From contig JAZUPZ010000004.1 of assembly GCA_045605445.1 (NCBI GenBank), positions 1,695-65,694 of the forward strand: 64,000 nt of DNA, in the 5' to 3' direction. This document shows, one piece after another, positions 20,433 through 29,778 of this stretch; position 1 is the stretch's first letter, and each line of letters opens with the position of its first letter. The stretch comes from Clostridia bacterium (GTDB taxonomy: Bacteria > Bacillota > Clostridia > RGIG6154). A program made the position numbers and the translations under genes. The notes under the pieces were generated by a model, which was given only the letters and a program-made list of their open reading frames with translations, was not told the origin of the DNA and did no database searches.

Positions 20433-20537
20433 ATGAGTACCTCGTTTCATAAAAACAAATAAAGTATATCACATTCCTTCACTTTGAGCAACCCCGCCAA
20501 AAACTAAGTTGAATATAAAAAAAAGACACATAAGTGT

Positions 20538-20747
20538 CTATTTTTTGTACGGATTTTTTATGTCAGAGAGCCCCAGAATATAATCAGTTGAAGTATCGTA
20601 ATAGCCTGCAAGCTTAATTAAAATATCAATAGGCAGCTGTCTTTGTCCGTTTTCATATTGTGAATAAGTGTTTTGTTTAATATGCAGATAGTCTGCAATG
20701 TCTTTTTGCTTGATATCCGAGTCTTCCCTTAAATCTTTTAATCTCAT
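20538..20747 (-). CDS. XRE family HTH transcriptional regulator (small, 69 aa).
   Basis: MRLKDLREDSDIKQKDIADYLHIKQNTYSQYENGQRQLPIDILIKLAGYY is a classic Cro/C1 HTH. The start is set at the ATG with a GGTGA RBS. Confidence 0.7.
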   Translation of the reverse strand: MRLKDLREDSDIKQKDIADYLHIKQNTYSQYENGQRQLPIDILIKLAGYYDTSTDYILGLSDIKNPYKK

Positions 20748-20773
20748 TATTATCACCAATGATATTATATGAA

Positions 20774-20818
20774 ATCTCATAGTGAGATATTGACAAATAT
20801 CTCAAAATGAGATAAAAT
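20774..20818. promoter_or_regulatory. Two palindromic operators (TCTCA-N3/4-TGAGA) embedded in a divergent promoter region (TTGACA-N17-TAAAAT). This is the likely binding site of the adjacent XRE regulator.
   Basis: atctca-tag-tgagat (20774-20788) and atctca-aaa-tgagat(a) (20798-20813). The second copy sits exactly in the 17-nt spacer between TTGACA (20790-95) and TAAAAT (20813-18). Confidence 0.5.
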
Positions 20819-20844
20819 GTAATAAAAAAACAGGAGGTTTTACA

Positions 20845-21615
20845 ATGAAAAAAAGATTACAAGGTTTAATTTCGGGAATTATCATCGGAGTAATTCTTAC
20901 AGGCGGAGCGGCATTTGCAAAGCAGGCAAGCGAATGGGCAGAGCTCTATTACAACAATATTAAAATTTATATCGACGGCGGAGAAATAACTCCGAAGGAT
21001 GTAAACGGAAACTATGTTGAACCTTTTACAATGAACGGAACAACTTATCTTCCTGTAAGAGCAATATCAAACGCTTTCGGAAAAGAGGTTGAATGGGACG
21101 GAATTACTCAGAGCGTTTACATCGGCAAAAAAGACCAGACCAAACCTGATAATTATTTAAGCAAGCTTCAATATAACGACTACAAAGAAGCTGACCCGGA
21201 CAGCAATTTTGCAATTATTAACGGAACGGTAACAGATTATAATAAGAATGTTTATACCAACGGACTTATTTTTTACAGAGAATGGAGTGGAGGAATTGCG
21301 GATGATACAGATGGAGCAGATCTGCTTATTTCCTATCCTCTTAACAGTCAGTACAAAAATCTTCAGGGTAAAATTGTTTTGCCTAAAGCTTATGATTTAA
21401 CCACATGGAATAAAAGAGATAATTGCGATACTTCGTCAACAGATGTGTGGTTTTACGGGGATGGAAGACTTTTGTATAAGGCAACAGCGGTTACAGCTTC
21501 AATGCCGTTTAATGTTGATATAAATACAAGAGGGGTAAATCAGCTTACAATAAAAATAAAAACGGAAGGTAGGTATTCGCACATAGCTCTTACCGATCTG
21601 GCATTATATAAATAA
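20845..21615 (+). CDS. Secreted/membrane-anchored hypothetical protein with one Cu-amine-oxidase-N-like (stalk) motif.
   Basis: AGGAGG RBS and N-terminal hydrophobic segment. The NGTTYLPVRAISNAFGKEVEWDGITQSVYIG motif is shared with the BNR proteins. Confidence 0.5.
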   Translation: MKKRLQGLISGIIIGVILTGGAAFAKQASEWAELYYNNIKIYIDGGEITPKDVNGNYVEPFTMNGTTYLPVRAISNAFGKEVEWDGITQSVYIGKKDQTKPDNYLSKLQYNDYKEADPDSNFAIINGTVTDYNKNVYTNGLIFYREWSGGIADDTDGADLLISYPLNSQYKNLQGKIVLPKAYDLTTWNKRDNCDTSSTDVWFYGDGRLLYKATAVTASMPFNVDINTRGVNQLTIKIKTEGRYSHIALTDLALYK

Positions 21616-21645
21616 GCATTTAATTATCTTTTAAGGAGAAACTTA

Positions 21646-23652
21646 ATGAAAAAAATAATTTCAATTCTGCTTTGTCTTGCATTGTGCTTTGGAATGATAG
21701 CTTCCTTTGGGAGTGGCGTAAGCGCTTCGGGCACACAGAGTGTACAAGACGGATTATATACTTTTAAAAACGTATCAAGCGGATATATGCTTAATGTGTA
21801 TGCAGGAAAAGATGCTAACGGAACAAAGGTAACAACCTGGGAATACGACGGAACAACCGACCAGAGAATTTATATTCAGCATCAGGGAAACGGAAAATAT
21901 CTTTTAAAGTTCAACGCTTCTTCAGGTGGAAGAGTTGTCGATGTAAACAGAGGCGAAAGCTTAACTGCTTCTATTGATGACGGAGACAAAATAGATATAT
22001 GGACAGCAAACGACCTTGATGCACAGTATTTTTACATCATTCCCTGCGGAAACGGAGCATATACCTTTGAGCTTGTTTCAAAGCCCGGCCATGTTATTGC
22101 GGCGGTAAACAACTCAGCGGCGGCAAGCAACGGAACTCAGCTTCAGCTTAAAAAATATACAGGCTCGGATTGTCAGAAGTGGTATATCTGTAACACAAAC
22201 GGCTCAAAAATAAGCGTATGTAACCATATAAATACTAAAAACAAAGAGCTTATAATAACCTATGAGCAGTCGTCAGATACTCATCATAAAACCGTAACCA
22301 AATACGATGTTGTATGTAACGACTGCGGTGAAACCGTTAAAAGCAACCAGACCTCATCAAAAGAAGAAACACATATTATGAACGGTAACAGCTGTTCAAA
22401 ATGCGGCTATGCGGAAGCGGTTTCGGAGGAGTGTAAGCATACTAAAACTTATGAAATCGGAAGTGGGAAAACAGGCGAATTCAAAAGACAGAAGGATGAA
22501 AAATACCATATTTGTACGGAATATGTAGATATTATCTGTGCCTACTGCAGTAAAACACTACAGCATGAAGTTGAAAAAGAAATAGAGGTAGAACACGTTT
22601 TCAACGGCGATTACTGTATGGTTTGCAATTATGACAAAAGCAATAAAAAAGCAGAAGCATCAACGCTGACGGCAAATAAAACACAGATTACTGCAGGTGA
22701 AAGTATAGATTTCACGTGGTCAAGAGCAGAATATGCAAATTGCTATGATTTACATATGTATAAAGACGGTAAAAGGGTAAATTTGTTCGGCGGCCTTCAG
22801 GGACTTAAATACACATATAAATTTGACGAAAGTGGAGTTTATGATGTTGGAATTTACAGCATAAACAATAACGGAGATTATACTGTTGGAACTTATGTAA
22901 GAATCACAGTTAATGAAAAAGTAACAACAAGAGCCGGATATGTTTACAATACAGACGGTGCAAATCTTAATATGAGAGCGCAGGCAACAACGAAATCTGC
23001 AATTGTAGGTAAAATACCTGAGGGTAGGACAGTAACAGTAACCGGTAATGCTGTAAACGGATTCTATCCTATAACTTATGGCGGAAAGTCTGGCTACGGT
23101 CATTCTGATTATATAACCTTTACAAAGCCAACGGGAAGCAGTTCTACAGTAGTAATTAAAAATTCGAAAACAGAACAGAAAAAGTCTCAGCTTTCTTCTA
23201 TGATGAATGGTTCAACTTATGGAGGAGCATATAAAATTGGAAAGCAATATACCGGACCGTATCATAAAGAGCAGTGCAAAGGGTTTGCTAAATCTGTATT
23301 TATGCAACTTTTTGGATATAATATAGGTTCTACAACAGACGGAGGCTACGGATATCAAATTAACTATTCGAGTTCCAAAACAACTCATTTAGGAACCGTT
23401 ACGTCTATGACAGTAACAAATGTTAAAAATTTGTTTTTAAAGGCTCGTCCCGGTGACTTTGTTCAAATGAAGCAAAAAGGATCATATACAGGTCCTCATT
23501 CTGCTATTGTGTATGAAGTTTCTGAAAGCGGAGTTACGTTTTATGAATGTAATTTGGATTGGAAAAACACAATAAGCAAGAAATATTATTCGTGGACAGA
23601 AATTGTTTCGGGCAAATCGGCAATTTCTGTATACACAGCAAAAGGATATTAA
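21646..23652 (+). CDS. Secreted multidomain protein. Domains in order: ricin-B lectin (beta-trefoil), 4x CxxC zinc-ribbon-like region, SH3b, and a C-terminal papain-like (NlpC/P60/CHAP-superfamily-like) hydrolase.
   Basis: Signal peptide followed by QxW-like motifs (DAQYFYI, DCQKWYI). CxxC pairs are present (CNDCG, CSKCG, CAYCS, CMVCN). The SH3b-like stretch reads AGYVYNTDGANLNMRAQATTKSAIVGKIPEGRTVTVTG. The C-terminus reads QCKGFA...GDFVQM...HSAIVYEV. Confidence 0.6.
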   Translation: MKKIISILLCLALCFGMIASFGSGVSASGTQSVQDGLYTFKNVSSGYMLNVYAGKDANGTKVTTWEYDGTTDQRIYIQHQGNGKYLLKFNASSGGRVVDVNRGESLTASIDDGDKIDIWTANDLDAQYFYIIPCGNGAYTFELVSKPGHVIAAVNNSAAASNGTQLQLKKYTGSDCQKWYICNTNGSKISVCNHINTKNKELIITYEQSSDTHHKTVTKYDVVCNDCGETVKSNQTSSKEETHIMNGNSCSKCGYAEAVSEECKHTKTYEIGSGKTGEFKRQKDEKYHICTEYVDIICAYCSKTLQHEVEKEIEVEHVFNGDYCMVCNYDKSNKKAEASTLTANKTQITAGESIDFTWSRAEYANCYDLHMYKDGKRVNLFGGLQGLKYTYKFDESGVYDVGIYSINNNGDYTVGTYVRITVNEKVTTRAGYVYNTDGANLNMRAQATTKSAIVGKIPEGRTVTVTGNAVNGFYPITYGGKSGYGHSDYITFTKPTGSSSTVVIKNSKTEQKKSQLSSMMNGSTYGGAYKIGKQYTGPYHKEQCKGFAKSVFMQLFGYNIGSTTDGGYGYQINYSSSKTTHLGTVTSMTVTNVKNLFLKARPGDFVQMKQKGSYTGPHSAIVYEVSESGVTFYECNLDWKNTISKKYYSWTEIVSGKSAISVYTAKGY

Positions 23653-23676
23653 AAATAAAAGAACGAGAGAATAAAT

Positions 23677-24354
23677 ATGAAGAAATATATATCAGTAATA
23701 TTAGTGTTGTTAATGTTTTCCCAAGTATCAGTATTGGCATACAGTGACATAACAGATGCGCAATTTGCAGCAAAAGTTGAAAATTTATCAGAATATAACA
23801 TAATAAATGGTTATGAAGATGGAACATTCCGTCCTTACGATAACATAACAAGAGCTGAATTCTGTAAATTGATAATGTGCGCCACTATGAATGACTATGT
23901 TGGTGAATATGAAAAATGCTTTACAGATGTCGAAAACGGATTTTGGGCAGAAAATTATATTTATGCTGCAAAGATGCTTGGGATTGTTAACGGAACCACA
24001 GAAACAACCTTTGAACCGGAAGCGAATATAACAAATGAGCAGGCGGTTAAAATGATTGTTTGTGCTTTGGGATACGGTGAGGAAGCAAATGATTTGGGTG
24101 GATACCCAAATGGTTATATAAGAGTAGCCGAAAATTTAGGAATAATATCAGAAGGATTTGTCGGAGAGAAAGTTGCAACAAGACAAGGTGTTGCGGAGAT
24201 GGTTTATAATATACTTGATGTAGAATACTACTTTATTTCGTTGTCAGACGATGGTGTTATTGAGAAAAGTAAATCGGGAAGCACATTAAGGGAATATCAC
24301 GAGTTTTTGAACGACGGTGGTGATGATGAGTCGGGCGAGAATGCAGTTGGATAA
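23677..24354 (+). CDS. S-layer homology (SLH) domain protein.
   Basis: Signal peptide plus three SLH-like repeats (NIINGYEDGTFRPYDNITRAEFCKLI, IVNGTTETTFEPEANITNEQAVKMIV, ...). Confidence 0.65.
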   Translation: MKKYISVILVLLMFSQVSVLAYSDITDAQFAAKVENLSEYNIINGYEDGTFRPYDNITRAEFCKLIMCATMNDYVGEYEKCFTDVENGFWAENYIYAAKMLGIVNGTTETTFEPEANITNEQAVKMIVCALGYGEEANDLGGYPNGYIRVAENLGIISEGFVGEKVATRQGVAEMVYNILDVEYYFISLSDDGVIEKSKSGSTLREYHEFLNDGGDDESGENAVG

Positions 24355-24373
24355 AAAATAAAGCTGATACAAA

Positions 24374-24405
24374 AAGAAGTCAATCTGAAGATTGACTTCT
24401 TTTTG
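24374..24405. terminator. Bidirectional rho-independent terminator.
   Basis: gaagtcaatc-tgaa-gattgacttc followed by tttt. Confidence 0.6.
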
Positions 24406-24417
24406 CAGTGTTATGAA

Positions 24418-25782
24418 TTATTTGACAAATATTGATTTGTCAATAGTTCCGTCTTTAATGCCTTTTCTCAGCGCCTGAGTATATGTGTCTTTAAGTTCAG
24501 GTAAGTATTTGGATGCATCAATTGAGGTATCCTGCCATATGAGTTTTGCTTTATCTCCTGAAGATTCTTTTTCAAGAGCAAGTGAAGGAGAGGGTCTTCT
24601 TTCGATGTTCTGGTCTTTTACAAGGTTTGCAAACTGTGCCCACTGTACCGGGAATTTTGATTCATCGGCTTTTTCTGCAACGCCTGCTCTGATCGGAATG
24701 TAATATCCGCCTTCGTAAAGGTCAAGAAGAACATCCTCGCCCATAAGCCATGTATAAACCTTCATAGTTTTTTCAGGTTCTTTTAATGCTGTGTTTGCAA
24801 TGCAGTAGCCTGAAGTTCTTGAAGCAGGATTCTGGTATCTTTCATATCCGTCATAAACGGGGATAGGAGCAACTGCCCAGTCGCAGGTTGCAGGGAACTG
24901 CTCGGTGAGAACACCAACGTCCCAGGATGCGCCCATAAACATACCGATTCTGCCTGCTGCAAACTGAGCTCTCATTGTGTCGTTGTCAAGTGATTCAGCG
25001 CCGGGGAATGTAGCGCCTGAATTTTTAACAGCTTTTACAAAATCAATGTATTCAAGCCAATGCTCTGTATATGTGTAAGTTTCTTTGTCCCAGTCAATTT
25101 CAGTTAAAGCACCGTTGGGTGAAAGCTCGTTAAAGGTTGCGTTGCCGGGATATGCAAGCTGTGACCAGCCCTGGTCTTTAAGAGGAAGACCTAAACCAAA
25201 AACATTGTTAGCTTTGTCTGTAAGCTTTTTAGCATATTCAACAAGCTCGCTTGTTGTTTTCGGAGGTGTTGGTTCACCGTTTTCGTCAACAAGACCTGCT
25301 TTTCTGAATAAGTCTTTGTTATACATAAGGCCCTGAACTGTCTGAGCCATATTTACAAAGTAAACCTTGCCGTTGATAAGTTCTCTGTTTGCAAGAGGAA
25401 TTTCGCCGTAAGCTTCTAAAAATTCTTCACCGCCGGGCATATCTGCGATAGGAACAATATATCCCTTGTTTGCCGCATTAACCTTTGCCTGATCTCCGCC
25501 CCACATAAGAAGGTGAGGAAGCTGATCGTTCTGTGATGCAGATTCAATAATTGTAGCATAATCGTTCAGATAAGTTTCAAACTCAATTTTAATGCCCTCT
25601 TTTTTACCTGTTGTGTTGTTGTATTCCTCAACAAGCTGTTCCATGCGTTCCTGAGTGGAACCTGAGCTTGACCATACCTTGATAACTGTAACATCGCCTG
25701 ATGCACCGCCGTCTTTAGTGCAGGAAGCAAAGCAAACTGTTACCATAAGCATTGCCATAATAAGTGCCAGTAATTTTTTCAT
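24418..25782 (-). CDS. ABC transporter extracellular solute-binding lipoprotein (family 1, carbohydrate type). No cognate permeases lie in this window.
   Basis: Lipobox MKKLLALIMAMLMVTVCFASC and an AAAGGA RBS. About 450 aa, typical for a sugar SBP. Confidence 0.8.
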   Translation of the reverse strand: MKKLLALIMAMLMVTVCFASCTKDGGASGDVTVIKVWSSSGSTQERMEQLVEEYNNTTGKKEGIKIEFETYLNDYATIIESASQNDQLPHLLMWGGDQAKVNAANKGYIVPIADMPGGEEFLEAYGEIPLANRELINGKVYFVNMAQTVQGLMYNKDLFRKAGLVDENGEPTPPKTTSELVEYAKKLTDKANNVFGLGLPLKDQGWSQLAYPGNATFNELSPNGALTEIDWDKETYTYTEHWLEYIDFVKAVKNSGATFPGAESLDNDTMRAQFAAGRIGMFMGASWDVGVLTEQFPATCDWAVAPIPVYDGYERYQNPASRTSGYCIANTALKEPEKTMKVYTWLMGEDVLLDLYEGGYYIPIRAGVAEKADESKFPVQWAQFANLVKDQNIERRPSPSLALEKESSGDKAKLIWQDTSIDASKYLPELKDTYTQALRKGIKDGTIDKSIFVK

Positions 25783-25800
25783 AAAATTTGTCCTTTCTTA

Positions 25801-26499
25801 TCAGTAGGTCTGATAATTGATATTATTTGCAATTGCATAATTCATTGCATAAGAGCCGTCTTTAACATAAAGTGTAAGGCTTCTGCAATTTTTAAATGCA
25901 TAATCGCCAATCCATTCGATTGATTCGGGAAGTGTAATCTTCTGAATTTTGGTTTTGTTCATAAATACTGCGCCTGCAATTGTTTTTGTTCCCTCGGGAA
26001 TACTTATGTCAATCTCGTTTCCTTTATATCCTATGTAAGCTCCGTCGCCTACAATAACCTGGTCGTGAGGCTGATTTTCATACCAGGGAGTTCTGTAGAA
26101 TGCGTAAGCGTCAACATACTTCAGTGTTGAAGGAATTGAAATGTTTTCAAGCTTTGCGCAAAGGGCAAAGGCGCGGTTACCGATTTTTGTAACACCCTCG
26201 GGAATCACAATGTCGGTAATGAAAATGTTTGTAAAAGCCGAACGACCGATTTCGGTAATTCCCTGAGGAATGGTAACATCGGTAACATCATAGCTTTCGT
26301 AGCAGGCAAAATCGCCGATTTTTGCAATCTTAACCCCGTCGATTTCTGTGGGGAAGTTAACAGAGCCCTTGGTTGCCTGGAAAGGAGTAACAACCTCGTT
26401 AACTCCGTTTTTGGTAATAAGTGTGTAACTGTCTTCTGCATATGCAGGAACTGCAAGGAGCAGAGCAACCATAAGTACTAAGCATAAAATCTTTTTCAT
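25801..26499 (-). CDS. Secreted leucine-rich-repeat (BspA-type LRR_5) surface protein.
   Basis: Signal peptide and repeated I.IPEGVTKIGNRAF / ITLPESIEWIGDYAF motifs. AGGAGG RBS. Separated by only 14-18 nt from its neighbours on the same strand. Confidence 0.65.
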   Translation of the reverse strand: MKKILCLVLMVALLLAVPAYAEDSYTLITKNGVNEVVTPFQATKGSVNFPTEIDGVKIAKIGDFACYESYDVTDVTIPQGITEIGRSAFTNIFITDIVIPEGVTKIGNRAFALCAKLENISIPSTLKYVDAYAFYRTPWYENQPHDQVIVGDGAYIGYKGNEIDISIPEGTKTIAGAVFMNKTKIQKITLPESIEWIGDYAFKNCRSLTLYVKDGSYAMNYAIANNINYQTY

Positions 26500-26513
26500 T
26501 GTTATTCTCCTCC

Positions 26514-29500
26514 TTATTGTTTCACTTTAATTGAAAGTGTAGGTCTGTTTTTGGGATTTTCAATTTCCTTGGTATAAAGCTCAAGGATTTTTTCATTGTT
26601 TTCGGTAATTGCAATACCGATTGAAACAATCTTGTCACCTTTGTATTCTTTAATAATGTAATCTGTAACGTCAAAGGTCATCAGTGGTTTTTCTGTTCCG
26701 GTAAGGAGATACTGACCGATTAAATTTCCGAAAGGAATAATTCTCTGTGTGCGGTCAGAGTATTCTGCAGAATGAGGAATTGAGTAAACAAGCTTTTCAT
26801 TTTTAGAAGCTGAAACCTCTGTCCATTTGTCAAACTCAACCTCGTAAATACCAAGATTCTGCTCTTCTTCTGTATATCTCTTTTTAACCTTAAGACTTAA
26901 GGTTGCACTTTCAATTTCGCCCTTAACGTCGCTTATGTCAAACATAAGGTAGCCTTCCGCTGAACGGTTAAGACCTGAGTAGTTTTTGATGTACATTGAA
27001 GCGTTTGAACCGTAGTCATCGCTGTAGGGGAGCTTGTCGTAATAAATATATGTATCATCTGTCGGATAGAAGGTGTAAACTCCGTTCTCATCTGCCTCAG
27101 CAGGTTTTTCTGTAACCTCTGCCTGAAGTGTAACTGTTTTTGTTTCTTCTGTCCAGTCAACCTTGCCGTTTAAGGATTCCGTAACAAATCTGATTGGAAC
27201 AAGTGTTCTGTCGCAGGTAACGTAAGGCGCTGCATCAAGTGTTATTTCCTTGTCGTTTACATAAGCCTTGGTTGAACCGATTGTAAGAATAATTGTTTTG
27301 TCGCCTTTAACAGCTGTAACAGTCTGTGTGGGGTCATCCCAGGAAACTGTTGCACCAAGCTCTTCAAAGATTTTTCTCATTGGAACAAAGGTTCTGTCGT
27401 TAACTGTTTCTGGGTCAACATCAAAGAAAAGTCTTGTGCCGTTTAAGATAACGGTAATTCTTTCGTCGAGGAATTTCTTGAAGTTGTCAGGCTCGTAGAT
27501 GAATGTGCCGCCGTATGTACCAATCCAGGCTCTGTTTGAGAATGGTTCAAAGTTAATGTCGGTAACATAGCGAAGTCCCGGAAGACCTGTAACAACGTGA
27601 AATGTCTGTCCGTGGTCATAGCTTTCAAGAAGACCGATGCTCTTTGAGCCTGCCGCAGAGTTTCTGAAACCTATAAGCATATGGTCGGGATTTTTCGGGT
27701 CAAAGGCAATGTCTGTAACAATATCCGTATGACCGTTGTATTTGGGTTCAAATACTATAGTTTCGGGAGTTTGTCCGTATGTGAATTTAACCATTGCATG
27801 ACTCTGTGTGCCGATATATAAAGTGTTTTTATCAACAGAATCAGCACCTGAACCTGCCGCAACAAGAGTGGTATTGCCCATTGATTCCCAGTTTACACCT
27901 CTGTCAAAGGAGATAAAAGCTTCTCTGGCATCATTGTCATATGAGAAAACAACATCGTTGTCAACGGGAGAAACCGCCAGAATGTTTTTGGAGTTTGGAG
28001 TCCAGGTTTTGCCTCTGTCACGGCTTGTATAACCGGAAGCGTAAATAAAGTTTTCATCTTTGTTGTGATACTGGAAAACAACGTTGTCGCCTGTGTAGTC
28101 ACAACCCTCAACCTTAACCCATGACTTTCCGCCGTCAAAGGTTTCTTCCATAGCCTGAGCGCTCCATCCGCCTACAAAACAGTAAAGGTGGTTTGCATCT
28201 TTCGGGTCAGAAAGAATTGATTCAACAGATTTTGCAGTTCCTCTTCTCGGGTAGTTATATATTGAACGAACTGTAGGGAAATCATTTCCACCGTAGTAAG
28301 GTTCGTTTGAAACTGCAAGGTTTTTGTCACGGAATCCGTACCATATTCTTCCGTCGGGAGCAAATTCAACCCAGGTTAAGCCTGAATTTCCTGCACCTGA
28401 AGAACAGGGGAAGTAGTCAACTCCGCCGTTTTCCGATTTGTATAAAGTATCCCAGAATGCGGCATAAATTACATCAGGGTTTGTATCGTCACCCCACATA
28501 CCTTCCTGAGTCCAGCCGTTGTTGTTGTCAAGAAGAGTATCTTCGCAGTAAACGTAAGGTGTTATCCAGGTTTTGCCGTAGTCGTGGCTTGCACGCAAGG
28601 GGTAAACAATGTTTGTAAGTCTTACATAAAGATTCGGAATTCCGTTTGCAGAAGGTTTCTTCGCAAACTCAACTCTTGCGGGAGTTCCGTTCTTGGTTGA
28701 AGCACCCATATCCATTGTCATAGCACTCCAACTTGAACCGTTGTCAAAGGTTTCATAAAGCTTTTTGTTGCAAATTGCAACCCAGTGACTGTCGTTAACA
28801 GGGTCCATTGTAACAGCGGTGACCGCCTGGCCTGCTTCGGGAGTAACAATTTTCCACAGAGTGCCGCCGTTTGTTGTAATGTGAAGTCCGGGAGCCTCTC
28901 CGCCTGCAACTGCACAAATGATTTTCTGTCCGTCGGGAGATACTGACATTGCTTCAACGTAAGCAAATGTTCCTGCACTGCCAAGGTTTGTCCATTTAAC
29001 ACCGCCGTCTGAAGATTTCATAACGCCCGATGTTGTAAGAGCATAAAGGTTTTTGCTATCGTCAAAGGCAAGAAGATTTGCCGCGTGACCGTTAACAAAT
29101 GCCGCATCAAGACACATTTTCCAGGTAACACCGCCATCGGTTGACTTATAAAGACCGTCAATTGCCGATTTGTTGGCTTTGCTTGTGTAGCTTGAAGTAC
29201 CGCCTCTCCAGCCGTGAGCCGCATAGCAGATGTTTGCATTATCGGGATCAAAAATAAAGCTTGATACCGACCAGGTAGCATCGCCTTCTCTTACCTTAAA
29301 CCAGGTATTTCCGCCGTCGTGACTGTACATTGAGCCTGCAACGTCGGTGCTGAAAAGAAGATAGTTTGGATTTGAAGGTGCAGAGGCAACGGCAGTAATA
29401 ACCTGTCCGCCTTCGCTGCCCATACTCCAACCAACCTCGTTTTCGGTTTGCATAGTATAGTAGAGGAACCAGGGAGTGTATCTCACCGTGTTTCCGCTTT

Positions 29501-29636
29501 CAATAACCGGATGTCCGAACACGTTCCAGGGGAGGCGTGCCGGGTCGTAAATTTCCGGATAATCTTTTGCCCATGCTGTGCTCATTACTGAAAAAACAAG
29601 AAGCATGCAGAGCATTAAACTGATAAATTTTTTCAT
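26514..29636 (-). CDS. Secreted BNR/Asp-box repeat beta-propeller protein (second paralog; GH74-like or sialidase-like). It has a tandem Cu_amine_oxidN1-like stalk and an extra C-terminal beta-sandwich-like domain.
   Basis: Signal peptide MKKFISLMLCMLLVFSVMSTAWA. More than 10 xxDxGxTW-type motifs are present (SHDGGNTW, STDGGVTW, SSDGGVKW, FDNGSSW, SHDYGKTW, FDGGKSW, SRDRGKTW, FDRGVNW, YDHGQTF). Stalk motifs: VNDRTFVPMRKIFEELGATVSWDD and CDRTLVPIRFVTESLNGKVDWTEE. Confidence 0.7.
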   Translation of the reverse strand: MKKFISLMLCMLLVFSVMSTAWAKDYPEIYDPARLPWNVFGHPVIESGNTVRYTPWFLYYTMQTENEVGWSMGSEGGQVITAVASAPSNPNYLLFSTDVAGSMYSHDGGNTWFKVREGDATWSVSSFIFDPDNANICYAAHGWRGGTSSYTSKANKSAIDGLYKSTDGGVTWKMCLDAAFVNGHAANLLAFDDSKNLYALTTSGVMKSSDGGVKWTNLGSAGTFAYVEAMSVSPDGQKIICAVAGGEAPGLHITTNGGTLWKIVTPEAGQAVTAVTMDPVNDSHWVAICNKKLYETFDNGSSWSAMTMDMGASTKNGTPARVEFAKKPSANGIPNLYVRLTNIVYPLRASHDYGKTWITPYVYCEDTLLDNNNGWTQEGMWGDDTNPDVIYAAFWDTLYKSENGGVDYFPCSSGAGNSGLTWVEFAPDGRIWYGFRDKNLAVSNEPYYGGNDFPTVRSIYNYPRRGTAKSVESILSDPKDANHLYCFVGGWSAQAMEETFDGGKSWVKVEGCDYTGDNVVFQYHNKDENFIYASGYTSRDRGKTWTPNSKNILAVSPVDNDVVFSYDNDAREAFISFDRGVNWESMGNTTLVAAGSGADSVDKNTLYIGTQSHAMVKFTYGQTPETIVFEPKYNGHTDIVTDIAFDPKNPDHMLIGFRNSAAGSKSIGLLESYDHGQTFHVVTGLPGLRYVTDINFEPFSNRAWIGTYGGTFIYEPDNFKKFLDERITVILNGTRLFFDVDPETVNDRTFVPMRKIFEELGATVSWDDPTQTVTAVKGDKTIILTIGSTKAYVNDKEITLDAAPYVTCDRTLVPIRFVTESLNGKVDWTEETKTVTLQAEVTEKPAEADENGVYTFYPTDDTYIYYDKLPYSDDYGSNASMYIKNYSGLNRSAEGYLMFDISDVKGEIESATLSLKVKKRYTEEEQNLGIYEVEFDKWTEVSASKNEKLVYSIPHSAEYSDRTQRIIPFGNLIGQYLLTGTEKPLMTFDVTDYIIKEYKGDKIVSIGIAITENNEKILELYTKEIENPKNRPTLSIKVKQ

Positions 29637-29778
29637 TCTTATCACCCCATAATTATTATACAAGTCAGTAAGTAGCAAAAACAATATCTATTTTCGCATT
29701 TTATGAAAAATTGAAAGATTTTTGTTTATATAGTACAAAAAAGCTCCCGCTTGATATTTGGGAGCTTTTTCCTGATTT

